DNA from: an uncultured archaeon
Lineage (GTDB): Archaea > Thermoproteota > Nitrososphaeria > Nitrososphaerales > Gagatemarchaeaceae
DNA: 64,000 bases
Assembly (NCBI GenBank): GCA_963799775.1
Contig: CAWCYD010000003.1
Span: forward strand, 1,536,001-1,600,000
Reading direction: 5' to 3'
Shown here: piece after piece, positions 21,354 through 31,676 of the stretch
Layout: the number at the start of each line of letters is the position of its first letter
Numbering within the stretch: the stretch's first letter is position 1
Position numbers and translations under genes: made by a program
Notes under the pieces: generated by a model
Told to the model about the DNA's origin: nothing
Databases searched by the model: none
Seen by the model: the letters and a program-made list of their open reading frames with translations, nothing else

Positions 21354-22661
21354 TTATTCTTCAAAATCACGACGAGTCGGAGATAGTGACATCCACCCCG
21401 GGCGCTCACCCGAGCTTTCAGCGCGAATCTCAGCGCGTTTAGTTCCTGCATCAATGGCAGAGCTTGGTCTTCCAGTGGTCTGGAAGATTAGAGGTTCCGC
21501 CTCAACAGGCTTGAGTTCGGGCATGTCCTGCCCTACCTTGGGTGCGGCGAGGCCAGCTAGAGCCAGACCGCGCTTAAGCACAACATTTGCAGCGTTGTAG
21601 TCCCTCACGAGTAAGCGACCACATCCGATACAAACAAACTCCCTAACGCTCAGGTCAAGCTGGTTGAGTGTGCCGCAGTGGAAGCATTCTTGAGTTGAAT
21701 AGGCCGCTGGCACGCGGACCACCTTTGAGCCCGTGCTCCGAGCCTTCTGCTCCGTGAGTCTCACGAGTTGGTTCCAAGAAGCGTCGCTTATTGCCTTCGC
21801 CAACTTATGATTCTTGACCATGTTCTTTACTCTTAGATTCTCGAACGCGATGAAACTGTGCTCCTTCGCTAGATGGGAAGAAAGCTTGTAGTTGAAATCC
21901 AATCGCTGTCGCCTAACCTTCGCTTGTTGTGAAGCGACCCGTTTGCGGGCCTTGAAGTTATTCTTTGAGCCTTTTTTCTTCCTCGCAAAGACTTGCTGGA
22001 GATTCTTCAGTTTCTTTTCAGCCTTCTTGAGAAAGTGAGGATGTTCAATCTTGTTCCCGTCCGAGGTGGTAATCAACGAAAGAAGACCCAGGTCAACGCC
22101 TATCGGAGTTCGAGCAGACGGTGTTGAAAACTCGATGTTCTGTAGTGGAACGACCTCTTCGATGACAAGCGAAGCAAACCATCTTCCGTCAGCTTCTCTT
22201 ATCACCGTGCAGGTCTTTACTCGAGAGTCTTTCGGAAGAGGTCTGTGTAAGACCGCTCTGACGTTCCCAATTTTTGATAAGAAGAGTCTCTTTCTCATCG
22301 TGTCGATCCTAACGGAACCGTTGTAGGCCTGCGGATAGGTAAAGGATCCAGACTGGCTGAACTTCTTGAATTTTGGATAACCAGCGCGACCTGTGAAGAA
22401 GAGCCTGAAGGCCTTGTCGAGTCTTCTCAACACATCTTGCCCAGCCTGCGAGTAGAGACTACAAACCGACAATCCTCGATTTCGTTCACTTGTTAGTATT
22501 GATGCCTGATGGTTATATGACGTTGATTTTCTCTCACTCTCCCATCTCATTTTCCTGTGCACGAGTGCGTCATTCCAAAGCTTCCTAGAGGCCTCGAGTC
22601 CAAGAAGCATTCTGGCCTCCTGTCTTTGCTCGGGATAGAGGCGGAATTTGTAAGCCCTCAT
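21354..22661 (-). CDS. tnpB: RNA-guided endonuclease TnpB
   Basis: AYKFRLYP HTH, RuvC GVDLG / AFENL / RDYNAA, zinc finger CFHC...CIGC. Confidence 0.95.
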   Translation of the reverse strand: MRAYKFRLYPEQRQEARMLLGLEASRKLWNDALVHRKMRWESERKSTSYNHQASILTSERNRGLSVCSLYSQAGQDVLRRLDKAFRLFFTGRAGYPKFKKFSQSGSFTYPQAYNGSVRIDTMRKRLFLSKIGNVRAVLHRPLPKDSRVKTCTVIREADGRWFASLVIEEVVPLQNIEFSTPSARTPIGVDLGLLSLITTSDGNKIEHPHFLKKAEKKLKNLQQVFARKKKGSKNNFKARKRVASQQAKVRRQRLDFNYKLSSHLAKEHSFIAFENLRVKNMVKNHKLAKAISDASWNQLVRLTEQKARSTGSKVVRVPAAYSTQECFHCGTLNQLDLSVREFVCIGCGRLLVRDYNAANVVLKRGLALAGLAAPKVGQDMPELKPVEAEPLIFQTTGRPSSAIDAGTKRAEIRAESSGERPGWMSLSPTRRDFEE

Positions 22662-22690
22662 ACCTCAAGCCGAATCATTGTCGCTTGATA
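21386..22690 (-). mobile_element. IS200/IS605-family (IS1341-type, tnpB only) element
   Basis: tnpB without tnpA; structured right end finishing ...GGATGTCAC at 21386; left-end hairpin TCAAGC...GCTTGA preceded by TTTAA. Confidence 0.8.
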
Positions 22691-22798
22691 TTAAAAGCCC
22701 CACCATGCGAATCTGTCCCGGGCTTTACGGAGCGTTTCTCGACTACAGGAGATAATAATCACTCCGGTGCGGGGGCTAGGAAGAAGGTCCTTCGAAAG

Positions 22799-23698
22799 AT
22801 GCGCGTCCCTGAGCAATATGTGAGGGCGGGGAAGCTGGCCCGAGAGATGCGGGAATGGATCCTCGAGAACGTGGCCGTCCCCCAGACCTGTCTGGAGATC
22901 GCAGAGAAGATAGAGGCAGAGATCGCCAGGAAGGGGGGACAGCCGGCGTTCCCCACGGGGATAGGGGTCAACGGCGTCACGGCGCACTACGCCCCGCAGG
23001 AGGGCGACGAGACCAGGATAGGGTCCGACGACGTCGTGAAGATCGACTACGGGGTCCACTTCGACGGCTACATCGCCGACACGGCGGTGACGATGACGGA
23101 GAACCCCGAGTATCAGCAGCTCATCGAGGCGACGAAGAGGGCGCTCGAGGCCGCGATGGCGGTCGCGAAGAGGGACCCGAGGACGGGCGAGATAGGCAAG
23201 GCGATAGAGGCGACGGCCCGCCAGGAGGGCTTCAAGACGATAAACAACCTCAGCGGTCACACGGTCGAGCAATACGTCGTCCACGCGGGCAAGAGCATCC
23301 CGAACGTCTTCGCCCCCAACCAACCCGTCCTCAAGAGGGACGACGTCTTCGCAATCGAGCCCTTCCTGACCGTGGGGACGGCCGCGGGCTACGTCGTTGA
23401 CGACCCCAAGGACACGCGCATAACCATCTACTCGCTAATAATGAGGAAGAGGACGGGGGTGAAGGAGCTCGACGACCTCGTGGAGAGGATCTGGAACACG
23501 AGGAAGAGCCTCCCGTTCACGCCGAGGTGGTTCTCGAAGGAGGTGGGGCGCGAGAGGCTCGCGAAGCTCCTGGCGGAGCTGGAGAGGAGGAGGATAGTGA
23601 GGGGTTATCCGACCCTGGTGGAGGCGTCAGGGGCGCCGGTGGCGCAGTTCGAGCACACGATGTGCCTTGAAGGGAACTCGCTGGTCGTCTTCACTTAG
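22799..23698 (+). CDS. map: Type II methionine aminopeptidase
   Basis: AFPTGIGVN.VTAHY, KIDYGVHFDGYIADTA, LSGH, AIEPF, AQFEHT. Confidence 0.95.
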   Translation: MRVPEQYVRAGKLAREMREWILENVAVPQTCLEIAEKIEAEIARKGGQPAFPTGIGVNGVTAHYAPQEGDETRIGSDDVVKIDYGVHFDGYIADTAVTMTENPEYQQLIEATKRALEAAMAVAKRDPRTGEIGKAIEATARQEGFKTINNLSGHTVEQYVVHAGKSIPNVFAPNQPVLKRDDVFAIEPFLTVGTAAGYVVDDPKDTRITIYSLIMRKRTGVKELDDLVERIWNTRKSLPFTPRWFSKEVGRERLAKLLAELERRRIVRGYPTLVEASGAPVAQFEHTMCLEGNSLVVFT

Positions 23699-23912
23699 CT
23701 TTCTGCACGGGCTCTGCGTAGATCAGAGTGATCTTCGTCACGTTCCCGCACTTTGAGCAGTTCGCCCCGTCCTTTGTGATGTAGTCGCCGAGCTGGAAGG
23801 CGCGTTTTGTCTTCTGGCCGCACGCGGGGCACTCCTCGATGGTGTAGACGTTGAACTTGTTCTTTCCCTGCGTTTGCTGCTGGGGCTGGGTGGTCGCCTG
23901 GGGCGTCGCCAT
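23691..23912 (-). CDS. Small zinc-finger protein
   Basis: CPAC...KRAFQLGDY...CSKC; adjacent to DUF1512. Confidence 0.75.
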   Translation of the reverse strand: MATPQATTQPQQQTQGKNKFNVYTIEECPACGQKTKRAFQLGDYITKDGANCSKCGNVTKITLIYAEPVQKAK

Positions 23913-23913
23913 G

Positions 23914-25033
23914 TTACTGGCCTACCCCTAGGGAGTTGCCGATGCCCGCGAGCAATACCTTGTCGCCCTCCTTGGTCTTCTCCTCTATCAGGTTGGAGAT
24001 GAGGGTGTGCACCTTGTCGCTCGCGTCCGTGATCTCCTTCCTCATCACGGTGATGGCCTCTAGGATGCTCTGCTTGACCAGGATCGCGTAGACGGTGGAC
24101 CTTGTGCCTGGACGAGACCTCCTCGATCCTGAACTTGTCGGTCCCGATCCCGCCGATGGCCGCTCCGATGCCCTCGGCGACGTCTCCGGTCTTCTCGCCC
24201 TCGAGCTTGAGCGCTGCGTCGACCATTATGATCGCGTTGAGCGGGATGTTCATCTCCTCGATGACCTTCTGGATCGCCATGCCGGGCTCGCCCACGTATC
24301 CCATCGGGCCTTCTGCCTTTAGGACGTAGAGCGTCCTGCCCTTGTACTCGGTCACGGACATCACGGTGTCCTTGGCCACCACCTGCTTGGGCGCGTTTAC
24401 CATGTACTTTGACGCGATTATCGGGCCGATCCCGTCGCCCACAGGCTGCCCGAGCTTGAAGGTGTCGACCGCGTTGATGAGCGCGTCGGCCTCCATGAGG
24501 ACCTGGGGCATTATCATCTGGAGCTGGACTAGCAGGATGTACGAGTTGGTCTTCTTCCCGAGGAGGTAGTAGTGCCTGACGATCTTGTGGATCATGTTGA
24601 GGGAGCTCGCAATCTCGAGGATGTTCTCCGCGACCGAGACCTTGATGGGCTCGGCGTTGGGGAGCATCTTCTTCACCTCTGACCTTACCCTCTCGTCCCT
24701 CGTCTCGGTGATGTGCTCGATCTTGCCCACGATGCCCTGCGGGTCGAGGTCGACGGGCATGATCGTGACGTACTCGAGGAACTCGTCTATCTTCACCGCG
24801 GGGTCGGCGCTCGTCTTGCCCGTGCCCACGAAGTAGTCGACCGCCTCCTTCCTCGACTTGTCCTTCATGAGCTTCAGCCTGTTGAGTGCCCTGGAAATGT
24901 CGTTTCCAACGATGTAAACCTGGATGCGCTGCCCGTACACTATGAAGACGAAGAACGACATCAGCCACACTATGTTGAGGAGGCTGCTGACGTCGCTCCC
25001 AAATTGGAGGCTCATATTCGCCAGTGTGGGCAT
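23914..25033 (-). CDS. DUF1512 family protein, frameshift near 24100
   Basis: IMPVDLDPQGIV, PVGDGIGP, KAEGP, IMVDAALKLEGEKTG, AGIGNSLGVGQ tail. Confidence 0.88.
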
Positions 25034-25264
25034 AAGTTGGCTCACACGCCCTTTGGGGGTGGACTTAAACGTTTTACCGAATGTTACTTCGGAAGATTGT
25101 CTGAAAATGGAGAGGATGGGCGCCGGCATCGCCACGGTGGACGATGAAATTGCTCTCCGTGCGGGACCAATTTCCAAAAGTCGCGTTCACCTCTGCAAGG
25201 CAATTTACAAGCGCGATTTGCTTGCATCCTTCGGAGTAAAGGCCGATTTGTTTGGAGGAAAAGG

Positions 25265-25381
25265 CGCCGGCACGTGATGGCTTCACGAGCCCTTTCGGAG
25301 CTCACTAACACCCACGCGACACGCGGTTTGACTTCTGGGATCGGACGAGTCCAGGTCGGACCCGCGCGCTATGGCCGGCTG
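25265..25381 (-). rRNA. rrf: 5S rRNA (stand-alone)
   Basis: Minus strand GCCGGCCATAGCGCGCGGG...CCCAGAAGTCAAACCGCG...TAGTGAGCTCCGAAAGGGCTCGTGAAGCC...GCCGGC with paired termini; upstream GTTAAA TATA-like box. Confidence 0.9.
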
Positions 25382-25446
25382 AGGACTGCGGGGCTACCGA
25401 GGGAATTTAACTCTTTTGACGAACGCGCCCGTCGTGACCTCATCTG

Positions 25447-26046
25447 CTAGTCACGAGGACAAACGCTCTGGAACTCGTTTACGGTGACGTTGGTCCTTCC
25501 TGAGGGCACGAACAGACTGGCGCAGGTCACAGACAGAGGGCTAAGCCCTGCCGTGAAGTTGTAGGTCATGCCAGAATACTTCACGGATATCGAGTAGCCG
25601 CCGTCGTTCCCGTAATTGAAAGAATACCACTCGGTGCCCGAGGTTGTGATCAACGTTGACGTTGTTTGACTGGTCGCCGGAGTCCCGTTGCAGGTGGCCG
25701 GCTCGTTGGTGGCATAAACGAGCGCTCCGGGCGCCGAGGTCTGGTTGGAGTCGTAGACGACCCTGAGAAAGAAGCCGTCAGGCTGACCGGTTATGACGCA
25801 CTGAAACGACTGGGTGGAGCTGGTCGTCTCGGCTGTGGCGACTTCGAACAGGGTCAGCGTGCTGGTGGCGAAGGCCGTCACGGTCTCGGGGATTGTCTCT
25901 GTCTTGGTCACAGTGCCAGGGCTTGGCGCCATCGAGATAGCTGCCGCAATGATGACAGCCGCAACCACAATCGAGGCCGCGACGAGAAGGTTGGCCCTCG
26001 GTAGCTTGCTGCTCATGCTGGAGTTTCCCGAATGGTCTTGCTTCAT
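25447..26046 (-). CDS. Hypothetical membrane-anchored secreted protein
   Basis: N-terminal TM, Thr-rich linker, beta-rich domain with four Cys. Confidence 0.65.
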   Translation of the reverse strand: MKQDHSGNSSMSSKLPRANLLVAASIVVAAVIIAAAISMAPSPGTVTKTETIPETVTAFATSTLTLFEVATAETTSSTQSFQCVITGQPDGFFLRVVYDSNQTSAPGALVYATNEPATCNGTPATSQTTSTLITTSGTEWYSFNYGNDGGYSISVKYSGMTYNFTAGLSPLSVTCASLFVPSGRTNVTVNEFQSVCPRD

Positions 26047-26117
26047 TAGAACTTTTGTCCGAATGTGAGGGCCAAAGTCCGCAAATCGTTATATCAAGCT
26101 GAAGTGACATCGGGCCG

Positions 26118-26394
26118 ATGCGCCGGAAGCTCCTTGACATTCTCGCCTGCCCCATCGACAAATTCTATCCGTTGCGGATGATGGAGTTCTCCTCCAATGA
26201 CCCGGACGTCGTCGTCGACGGCGTCTTGCTCTGCGACAAGTGCGGCAGGTTCTACCCGATAATCGACGAGATCCCGGTGATGCTCCCCGACGACCTGCGC
26301 AACAAGAAGGATGAACCTCGAGTTCCTCGCAAAGTGGAAGGAGCGCCTGCCGAAGGAGACGTGGGCCGCGGGCAAGCCCGTGAACCTGTCCTAA
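26118..26394 (+). CDS. Trm112 family methyltransferase activator, frameshift near 26315
   Basis: LLDILACPID...GVLLCDKCGRFYPIIDEIPVMLPD; shifted frame ends EFLAKWKERLP...VNLS*. Confidence 0.88.
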
Positions 26395-26441
26395 ACGAAG
26401 CCTTCAGAAAATTCATATATGAATATCAAGACGGGTTGTTC

Positions 26442-27012
26442 GTGTCTGTCTCCACAATAGACCCGAAGCAGCTCAAGAAGATCAGGGTCCAGCTCGGGAT
26501 CACCCAGTCAGAACTCGCAAAGGCCGCCGGAGTGAGCCAGTCGCTGATCGCGAAGCTAGAGTCAGGCCTCGTCGACCCCTCCTTCAGCACCATGAAATCG
26601 ATCTCGGAGGCCCTGAGGTCTCACATCAGGATGGAGGGCAAGAAGGCGGCGGACGTTATGTCCTCGCCGGTCGCCTCGGTCCAGTCGAACGTCTCAATCG
26701 CTGACAGCATAGATTTGATGAAGAAGAACAACATCTCGCAGCTTCCCGTCTACACTGGCAGCAAGCTCGCCGGGTCCATAACGGAGAACCAGATAGTCGC
26801 GCTTCTCAGCGGGGCGGATGAGCCCTAAGAGTCTCCTGTCGAAACCCATCTCTGGCATAATGCAGCCCACCTTCCCCATAGTGAGCACGGACACGCCCAT
26901 AGAGGCCCTCTTCTCGCTCTTCAAGTTCGTCCCCGCTGTGCTTGTCGCGACTGGGGACAAGGTCGAGGGCATAGTCACGAAGATCGACATGCTCTCCGCG
27001 GAAGCCCACTAG
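26442..27012 (+). CDS. HTH-XRE + CBS domain regulator, frameshift near 26825
   Basis: LGITQSELAKAAGVSQSLIAKLESG; CBS motifs ISQLPV, GIVTKID. Confidence 0.88.
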
Positions 27013-27067
27013 AGCTTCGTCTTATCGCAACACCTTTTTTATACTTCGAAGGTAGAGTCCACTCAAG

Positions 27068-28249
27068 TTGAGACGTCGAAGCGGGTTGGGCCGCTCCGCG
27101 CTTCTGGGAGTGATAGTGATCGTCCTCCTGGTCGTGGTAGCCGGGGTTGTGGCGCTTGAGCTCTCCGGTTCCAAGTCAACGACCAGCAGCACCACGACTT
27201 CTTCGACCTCGACGACGAGCTCATCGTCCTCGACGACGACCAGCGCCGCGTCCACGGGTTCCGCTTACGACCTGTCATCGCCGATAGGCGTGACCTTCGA
27301 CCAGGCGAACGGGAACCTCTACGTGACAGATAATGCGACGGGCACGGTCTCTGTCATCAACATAGCGAGCGACAAGCTGGTCACGACGATTCCCGTGGGT
27401 GTGGGTCCGGCGCAGATCGCCATCGACCCGACGAACGGCTACCTCTACGTGACCAACAACGCGTCCAGCACTGTGAGCGTTATAGACGGAGCATCGAACC
27501 AGGTCATCAAGACGATTGACACCGCAGGGACAAGGCCCGATGGCATCGCGTTCGACCCGAAGAACAATTGCCTCTATGTCGCCGAGCATGGCATCGCTAT
27601 ATTCGAGGCAGGTGGATCGGGGTCTGACATTAGCATAATCAATGCGACGACGAACACCCTCATCAGGGGTATCACAGGAATCAACACCCCGACAGGGGTC
27701 GCCTACGACTCGGATAACGGCCTTGTCTACGTGACGACGGCAGGGTCGTCCGTAGAGGTCGTCGACCCTGCGAACAACACCATGATCACGCAAATCAATG
27801 TCCAACTGATTCCCAGAGGCATTGCGTACGATCCTGACAACGGCCTGATTTATGTCGGGAACTTCGTCTCGGGTACGGTCTCGGTCATAAACGGCTCGAC
27901 CAACACGGTGATTGCGAACCCTGGCGACGGTGTGTCGCATTCGAGCCCATACTTGATGGGTTACAATTCAGGAAAGAAGCTGGTCATGGTTTCTAACAAC
28001 ACTAGCAAAGGCGTGAATGTTTTCAATGCGACCTCCAACACCTTCCTTGAGACGGTCAACTTGGGCGTGGTCGGACCGACTGGCATGGCCTACGATCCTG
28101 TAAATGGCGTGATGTATGTTGCAGCCTTCGATCTCAATGCCATCTATGCTATCTCGCCGAGCCTCACCGTGTCGTATTTCGCCGCCCCGGCGGGTGCTGT
28201 GGTTACCAGCTCGACGTCTTCGACTTCGACTCTGAACCTGGGCGGCTAG
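27068..28249 (+). CDS. Membrane-anchored YncE/YVTN beta-propeller protein
   Basis: Repeated P.G.A.D..NG.LYVT motifs after TM and Ser/Thr linker. Confidence 0.9.
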   Translation: MRRRSGLGRSALLGVIVIVLLVVVAGVVALELSGSKSTTSSTTTSSTSTTSSSSSTTTSAASTGSAYDLSSPIGVTFDQANGNLYVTDNATGTVSVINIASDKLVTTIPVGVGPAQIAIDPTNGYLYVTNNASSTVSVIDGASNQVIKTIDTAGTRPDGIAFDPKNNCLYVAEHGIAIFEAGGSGSDISIINATTNTLIRGITGINTPTGVAYDSDNGLVYVTTAGSSVEVVDPANNTMITQINVQLIPRGIAYDPDNGLIYVGNFVSGTVSVINGSTNTVIANPGDGVSHSSPYLMGYNSGKKLVMVSNNTSKGVNVFNATSNTFLETVNLGVVGPTGMAYDPVNGVMYVAAFDLNAIYAISPSLTVSYFAAPAGAVVTSSTSSTSTLNLGG

Positions 28250-28527
28250 GTCCTTCCAGCGTCAACAGAAACGATTTTCATCTTCGGGCCACCTACCTAG
28301 GGCTCATGGCGCTGGTCGGCACCCTCGCTGGGTGCGTCGGATGCCACAAGCCAGGTCTCGGCTACTCGACCTGCAGCGGGTGCGGGATGCACTTCTGTCC
28401 GTCTTGCACGGGAAAGCTCGCGGGGACGTGCCCCAACTGCAGCTCCAGGCTGGTCTGAGGACCGACACGGCAGAGCCTTCTGCTGCGACGAACTTTTAAT
28501 CCGGTCGTTGGCTCGCCAAGTCCGGAT

Positions 28528-28666
28528 GGGGAGGTAGCCCAGCCAGGTAAGGCAACAGGCTCCAGTGGTCAAACGACAAAAGTTTGATGACACGTTCGCG
28601 TGGATGATTACCCATCGGAGCGGCGATACCTGTGGATCGTCGGTTCGAATCCGGCCCTCCCCACCA
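28528..28666 (+). tRNA. tRNA-Trp(CCA) with canonical 37/38 intron (28566-28627)
   Basis: GGGGAGG/CCTCCCC-ACCA acceptor, anticodon CCA 28562-28564, T-loop TTCGAAT. Confidence 0.92.
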
Positions 28667-29105
28667 CAAAATGAGATCATCGACCGGCTTCGGCCCGGGC
28701 GTCTTCCGTTGACTTCAGAACATTCTTCCTTACTAGCTTAAGAAATCGGCCGCCGCTAATCTCTCGGCTGTGAACGGGCAAGTCGAGACACCCCCTAACT
28801 GTGGGGGCAGCTTGGGCACCGAATACCAGTACTTCGTCCATGTCAAGGCATTGGAGACCTTCACGAACGTCATCCGGAGGCAGATGGTGCTCATGCCCCA
28901 GCGGTGCCCCACTCCGCACATGATTTTCACGTCTCCAAGGCTGCTCGACATGAGGTCCTTACAAAGACAGCGGACTCATCTGGTCCTACAGCATAGTCAA
29001 GTTGCAGATGAACCAGGAGCTAGTCGAGCAAGGCTGAGTCCTTGCTACCTCGCCGCGACTCGGGTCGCAAGGCCCTGATAAGAGAGCTCGGCCCAGGAGT
29101 TCTCC

Positions 29106-29687
29106 GTGGAGCGCCTGGGCCGCGAATTCTTCTCGCGCTACACTCCGGACGTCGCCAGAGACCTTCTAGGCTGCACCCTCGTCAGAAGAGTCAGGGGCCG
29201 CCCGGTCTCAGGAAGGATAGTCGAGGTCGAGGCCTATCGGGGGAGCGACGACCCGGCGAGCCACTCGTATCGAGGGCCGACGAAGCGGAGCTCGATCATG
29301 TTCGGCGAGGCAGGCCACGTCTATGTCTTCTTCTCCTATGGGCCCCACTGGTGCCTCAACTTCACCACCGAGGCGAAGGGTCAGCCAGGGGCTGTCCTGA
29401 TCAGGGCGCTGGAGCCTGTCGAGGGCATCACGCAGATGACCAAGAACCGAAACCTCTCAGAAATCGGAAACCTTACCAACGGGCCCGGGAAGCTCACCAA
29501 GGCGCTTTTAATCGATGGGGCCTTCAACGGCGAGGATCTTGTGACGTCAACGAGGCTCTATGTCTTGGGCAGGGAGAAGCCCGTGCGGGTCATGGCCTCC
29601 CCCAGAATAGGCATCAGCAAGGGACAGGAGCAGGAGTGGCGGTACTTTATTGAGGGCAACCCGTTCGTCTCCAAGAGATCCCCCTAG
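29106..29687 (+). CDS. DNA-3-methyladenine glycosylase (MPG/AAG)
   Basis: GRIVEVEAY, DPASHS, YVFFSYG.HWCLN, AVLIRALEP, NGPGKL, PRIGIS. Confidence 0.93.
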   Translation: MERLGREFFSRYTPDVARDLLGCTLVRRVRGRPVSGRIVEVEAYRGSDDPASHSYRGPTKRSSIMFGEAGHVYVFFSYGPHWCLNFTTEAKGQPGAVLIRALEPVEGITQMTKNRNLSEIGNLTNGPGKLTKALLIDGAFNGEDLVTSTRLYVLGREKPVRVMASPRIGISKGQEQEWRYFIEGNPFVSKRSP

Positions 29688-29800
29688 AGTCTTCATTCAC
29701 AGGGCGTATTAGGACGTCCGAAGGCCGATTGGGAGATGCAACGAAGAGCCTCCGTTTCGCATAGCGAGAGCGCCGGGATTGCAAGAAGTCGGGGTTCAGC

Positions 29801-30799
29801 TTACTTGGTCTGATTCATCTTCTTGGACGAATCTTGCCCCGTCTGGGCTGGGACGATAGGCGTGATCGTGTCTGCGAGGTTCCTCCTCTCGTCCATTATC
29901 AGAGTGAGCGACTTTCCCTCGGGGACGATGAACTTGGTGTTGTTCTCGAGCGCCGCCTGAGTCACCTCAAGTTCTTTGTATGCCTTCGCGTTGTCGACGA
30001 AGTACTGATTGAGCGCTGTCTGTGTGAGCTCGGTGGCCCTCGCCTGGCCTTCTGCTACCAAGACTGCGGCTTGCTTCTCGCCCTCGGCCCTCAGTATCGC
30101 CGACTTCCTCTGGCCCTCTGCGGTCGCCACCGTCGCGTTGGCTTCGCCCTCGGCGAGCACCCTCACCGCTATGGCCCTCTTCTCGTTGGCCTGGCGCACA
30201 TTGTCTGCCTTGAGCACCTCCTCCATGGAGGCGACGAGGTCGGTGGGCGGGACGATGTCCTTGATCTCCGCGCGAGTGATGTGGATGCCCCAGCTGTTGG
30301 TGAGCTCCTCAAGCTGCTCCAGGAGCTTCCCGTTGATCTGACCCCTCGAGGTGTTGGCGTCCACCATGTCCATCCCCCCGATGATGTCTCTCAGGACAGT
30401 CCTGGCTAGGGTGTCAATCTGAGCGTTGAAGTTCGCGACGTTATACTCCGAAGCCTTCACCGAGTCTTCGTCGGGCCGGATCTTGTAGAATATCACGGCA
30501 TCCACCCTGAGGAAGACCTTGTCCTTGGTGATTATCTCCTGCGGCTCGACCGGTGTCATCCTTTCGGTAATGTTGACTTTGATCAGCCTGTCGACGAACG
30601 GCATTACGAAGGCAAGGCCGCCCTGGGCGAACTTGTGGTACTTGCCCATCCGCTCGACCAGACCTCTCTCTGTCGGCCTCACCCGTCTGAATGAAGAGGC
30701 GGCCGCCCAAGCCACCACCAAGAGCGGGATGATAATCGCGGCGTCGGTAACTGGGTCCGAGAGGCTAGCCAACTTCGTCTCGCCATCGCGGTATTGCAA
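29801..30799 (-). CDS. SPFH/band-7 (stomatin-like) protein; true start possibly near 30773
   Basis: N-terminal TM, ERGLVERMG, QEIITKD, LRDIIGGM, AEG repeats. Confidence 0.9.
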   Translation of the reverse strand: MQYRDGETKLASLSDPVTDAAIIIPLLVVAWAAASSFRRVRPTERGLVERMGKYHKFAQGGLAFVMPFVDRLIKVNITERMTPVEPQEIITKDKVFLRVDAVIFYKIRPDEDSVKASEYNVANFNAQIDTLARTVLRDIIGGMDMVDANTSRGQINGKLLEQLEELTNSWGIHITRAEIKDIVPPTDLVASMEEVLKADNVRQANEKRAIAVRVLAEGEANATVATAEGQRKSAILRAEGEKQAAVLVAEGQARATELTQTALNQYFVDNAKAYKELEVTQAALENNTKFIVPEGKSLTLIMDERRNLADTITPIVPAQTGQDSSKKMNQTK

Positions 30800-30864
30800 A
30801 CGCCATTAATATATTTATTGATAATTCTGTTCGTAGCGCTACTATAAGTTTAATTAATAACACG

Positions 30865-31368
30865 ATGGAGTTGCTGCGAGGGCCCTTGCCGGAGTCGCTT
30901 ACGCACAAGGAACTGAAGAGGCACGCGATTGAGAGACTCGTGTCCGAGGGCTACAAGGAAATCGAGATCGACAAGCGCCTAGGAGAGGACGGTCCGGTCG
31001 ACATCTTCGCCAAGAGGAGGTCAGAGACTACGGTCGTGGAGTGCTATGTCTTCCCGACCGATGTGGAGAGCAAGCTGGGGACGGCGAAGAAGGCCGGGGT
31101 TGACAGGTTCATCATGGCTATCCCAGAGGAGGTCACCGTGCCCATGATCAACCCGGGAGTCGAGGTATGGAAGTTTGCGGTAGAACTGGTGGGGGCCCCA
31201 ACGAAAAGGGAGGCGCTTGCTACAGCGTCGTTCCCCCTGAGGGAGGACTTGGACGACCTGATAGTCCAGACCGCGAAGGAGATGGACGAGTCGAAGAGCG
31301 CATTCATCAGGAAGGCCGTCGTGCTGCGTCTTGGGCTTCTTGGCAAACTGGAGGGCGACGAGAGATGA
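30865..31368 (+). CDS. PD-(D/E)XK-like domain fused to C-terminal ribbon-helix-helix
   Basis: HKELK...GY...VDIFA...VVEC; C-terminal SFPLREDLDDLIVQTAKEMDESKSAFIRKAV. Confidence 0.6.
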   Translation: MELLRGPLPESLTHKELKRHAIERLVSEGYKEIEIDKRLGEDGPVDIFAKRRSETTVVECYVFPTDVESKLGTAKKAGVDRFIMAIPEEVTVPMINPGVEVWKFAVELVGAPTKREALATASFPLREDLDDLIVQTAKEMDESKSAFIRKAVVLRLGLLGKLEGDER

Positions 31369-31676
31369 AGAGGCGCGGGTTTGGTCACATCGTCGCGTTC
31401 CTTCTGATCGTCGTGGTCCTTATCCTCGTTCTCGCGGCGGTGGCCAACTACTACACCGAGAGGCAATCCCAAAACTCGTACATCACCGGCACCTTCCAAG
31501 GCTACTCCGCGGTCAACAAAGGGCAAGGCGACCAGTACATCGTGAGGATCTCGAACGCGACCATCACCTGCAACTCGTGGTCCATGAGCGCCTCTGACAT
31601 CTACACGCTTACGCACCTAGAATCGGGGCAGACGGTCACGATGAGCTTGGACTGCTCGGACGTGGCGGTGGGTTGA
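31365..31676 (+). CDS. Small secreted/membrane-anchored protein
   Basis: MKRRGFG followed by hydrophobic helix; ATGA overlap with upstream gene. Confidence 0.6.
   Translation: MKRRGFGHIVAFLLIVVVLILVLAAVANYYTERQSQNSYITGTFQGYSAVNKGQGDQYIVRISNATITCNSWSMSASDIYTLTHLESGQTVTMSLDCSDVAVG

Noticed and set aside
26118-26828. Apparent Trm112-HTH-CBS fusion protein
   Set aside because: Artefact of a frameshift near 26315; Trm112 ends at 26394 and an AT-rich promoter-like stretch precedes the GTG at 26442
27290-28150. Periodic DNA similarity suggesting a repeat array or CRISPR
   Set aside because: Explained by beta-propeller protein repeats; no CRISPR array or cas genes seen in the window
28733-29078. 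Small ORFs downstream of tRNA-Trp
   Set aside because: Only a degenerate PNCG motif; cannot support a gene call
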